Below, in pieces: positions 3,879 to 5,006 of a stretch of DNA of 5,006 nucleotides. The stretch is from a virus. The stretch spans positions 1 through 5,006 of IMG/VR virus record IMGVR_UViG_3300029463_000021; one strand, written 5' to 3'. The translations under genes and the position numbers were made by a program. Within the stretch, counting starts at the first letter, position 1. The number at the start of each line of letters is the position of its first letter. A model generated the notes under the pieces. The model made no database searches. It saw only the letters and a program-made list of their open reading frames with translations, and was not told the origin of the DNA.

Positions 3879-5006
3879 CAGAAATGATCCACAAGACCGG
3901 GAATACCATACATAGGCATTGCACGGGTAGTATGATATTTAAAACCAATATCAATAAGGAAATGTGGATAATTTTTAACAGCAACAACACGGTCAACAGG
4001 CGGTTTGTCCTGAATGAACTGATCAGACAATGTAGGCAGGGAATCAAATTTCTGGGACAAGTGCCAAACATCCAAAGACTTGGTATACGTAGATCTGAAA
4101 TGACCGCAGATCTCGGAAGGATGATACCTATATTCGGCATAACGTTCCTGATAGCCGAACACGCCTTTATCTTCATCCGTACCTTGTGCATAAATCTCGG
4201 CATTTAAAATAGCCTGCTCCGACAAATGGGCGAAAGTCGGCCAATACCAGTCATAAACCGTAGATCTAAGCCACATCTTGTTAATACCTTGCTGGTAGGT
4301 AAGATCGGCACGAACCTCAAGCAAGCCTATGATATAACCATGTTCAACAAAGGACTTAGTAAAAGCATGATACTTAGAAGCCGACACACCATAAGCGGCA
4401 AGGTTACCCTGAGGCGTTACGTCGCCTGTAGAGGACGTCTGAGCAACAGGGTTAATATTCATCATCTTAGATGATCCACCGAGGTATTCAGGGCGCTGTA
4501 AACGGCTGTCAGGAGATACTACGCCAAAGAAAGAGGTTAAGACCTCTGTATAACGGCTACCGCCTCTAGCAAGACGTTCGTAGAACTTCTGCATTTGGAA
4601 AGCGGTGCGCAGACTGCTGATCGTAAATATAGACGAAGAATCAAGATCAACAGTAAGACCTTTAGAAAAATCAGGTAACTTAAGATTAGTACCACTCCAA
4701 CCATTGTCATTAGAATTATTAGTCCAAAGAGCACCAGTACGGGTAGCATAACCAGTATCCGATAACTCATAACGATTAACCCTTGAATAAGAACCACCAT
4801 TAGGCTTAACTTCCATAGGCCAATCTATAGGAATCGTAGAATCAACAGCGGCAGTACCAGCAAGACCTATGGACACACCTGGCCCTTTCTGCTGGAAAGG
4901 TAATGCAGAAGTAAAGTAGTCAAAGCGTTTACAACGGGGAGCCAAGGCAAAGCCGTTGACATACGTTGTACCAGTAGAAAAGATCCAGCTGGGCTGATCA
5001 GATACA
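3878..5006 (-). CDS. Major capsid protein VP1, 3' portion (C-terminus); 4929-5006 duplicates 1-78. Full gene = 635..1 + 4928..3878, 561 aa
   Basis: The track ORF 3878..4945 starts at an internal TTG (LAPRCKRF), and the frame stays open to base 5006. 635 + 1051 nt = 1686 nt = 561 codons plus TGA at 3880..3878. The codons are T-rich in third position, like the other genes. Confidence 0.92.
   Translation of the reverse strand, partial: VSDQPSWIFSTGTTYVNGFALAPRCKRFDYFTSALPFQQKGPGVSIGLAGTAAVDSTIPIDWPMEVKPNGGSYSRVNRYELSDTGYATRTGALWTNNSNDNGWSGTNLKLPDFSKGLTVDLDSSSIFTISSLRTAFQMQKFYERLARGGSRYTEVLTSFFGVVSPDSRLQRPEYLGGSSKMMNINPVAQTSSTGDVTPQGNLAAYGVSASKYHAFTKSFVEHGYIIGLLEVRADLTYQQGINKMWLRSTVYDWYWPTFAHLSEQAILNAEIYAQGTDEDKGVFGYQERYAEYRYHPSEICGHFRSTYTKSLDVWHLSQKFDSLPTLSDQFIQDKPPVDRVVAVKNYPHFLIDIGFKYHTTRAMPMYGIPGLVDHF
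4929..5006. repeat. Terminal redundancy, copy 2 (circular-genome overlap)
   Basis: Identical to 1-78. The match runs to the last base of the window, so its length is set by the window or contig end. Confidence 0.95.

Larger units (their letters stand above)
1..4928 (-). other. Complete circular Microviridae (Gokushovirinae-like) genome unit of 4,928 nt; all genes on the minus strand
   Basis: Exact 78-nt identity between 1-78 and 4929-5006. The VP1 frame closes perfectly across the junction. The gene set (VP1, VP2, VP3, VP4, VP5-like, J-like peptide) and the size are typical of gokushoviruses. Confidence 0.85.

Noticed and set aside
3225-3887. 220-aa plus-strand ORF antisense to the whole of VP2
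   Set aside because: Microviridae transcribe one strand only. The translation is Ser/Ile/Leu-rich with no domain-like character and no SD. Long antisense ORFs arise when the sense frame avoids TTA/CTA/TCA codons.
3796-4203. 135-aa minus-strand ORF spanning the VP1/VP2 junction
   Set aside because: It is in the +1 frame of VP1. The translation is Cys/Leu/Ile-rich and not protein-like, no SD precedes its ATG, and codon-position bias explains it.
1176-4474. Other plus-strand ORFs (1176..1367, 1589..1819, 1944..2171, 2211..2465, 2577..2759, 3884..4207, 4226..4474)
   Set aside because: All are antisense to well-supported genes, short, compositionally odd (I/T/N/K-rich) and without ribosome-binding sites.
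1-5006. Terminal 78-nt direct repeat as an LTR, att site or mobile-element boundary
   Set aside because: The repeat is internal to the capsid gene and restores its reading frame when merged, so it is a circular-assembly overlap and not a biological repeat.

Overview
The window is one complete, circularly permuted ssDNA phage genome of the family Microviridae, with a Gokushovirinae-like gene set. Bases 1-78 are identical to 4929-5006, so the unit length is 4,928 nt and the window ends are an assembly or linearisation overlap. All eight supported genes lie on the window's minus strand and are tightly packed. In transcription order they are: VP4 replication initiator; a 77-aa orphan; a VP5-like protein; VP3 scaffold; VP1 major capsid; VP2 pilot protein; an 80-aa membrane-anchored orphan; and a 36-aa arginine-rich J/ORF8-like DNA-binding peptide. 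VP1 is 561 aa and is split by the linearisation point (635..1 joined to 4928..3878). The 36-aa peptide is too short to appear in the ORF track. Three genes (VP1, VP3, VP5-like) start at TTG behind a near-identical GGTG-ATATT Shine-Dalgarno cassette. Most other gene junctions are 1-4 nt stop/start overlaps. The two larger intergenic gaps carry strong hairpin-plus-T-run intrinsic terminators on the coding strand. The third gap, upstream of rep, carries a sigma70-like promoter candidate and an inverted repeat. I see no tRNA, rRNA, CRISPR array, IS element, integrase or attachment site. The most interesting open items are the two orphan small proteins. One is an N-terminally membrane-anchored protein, which matters because gokushoviruses have no recognised lysis gene. 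There is also a two-TM ORF overprinted on the 77-aa orphan, and the repeated TTG initiation cassette. All functional calls come from remembered family motifs read off the translations; no database search was possible.
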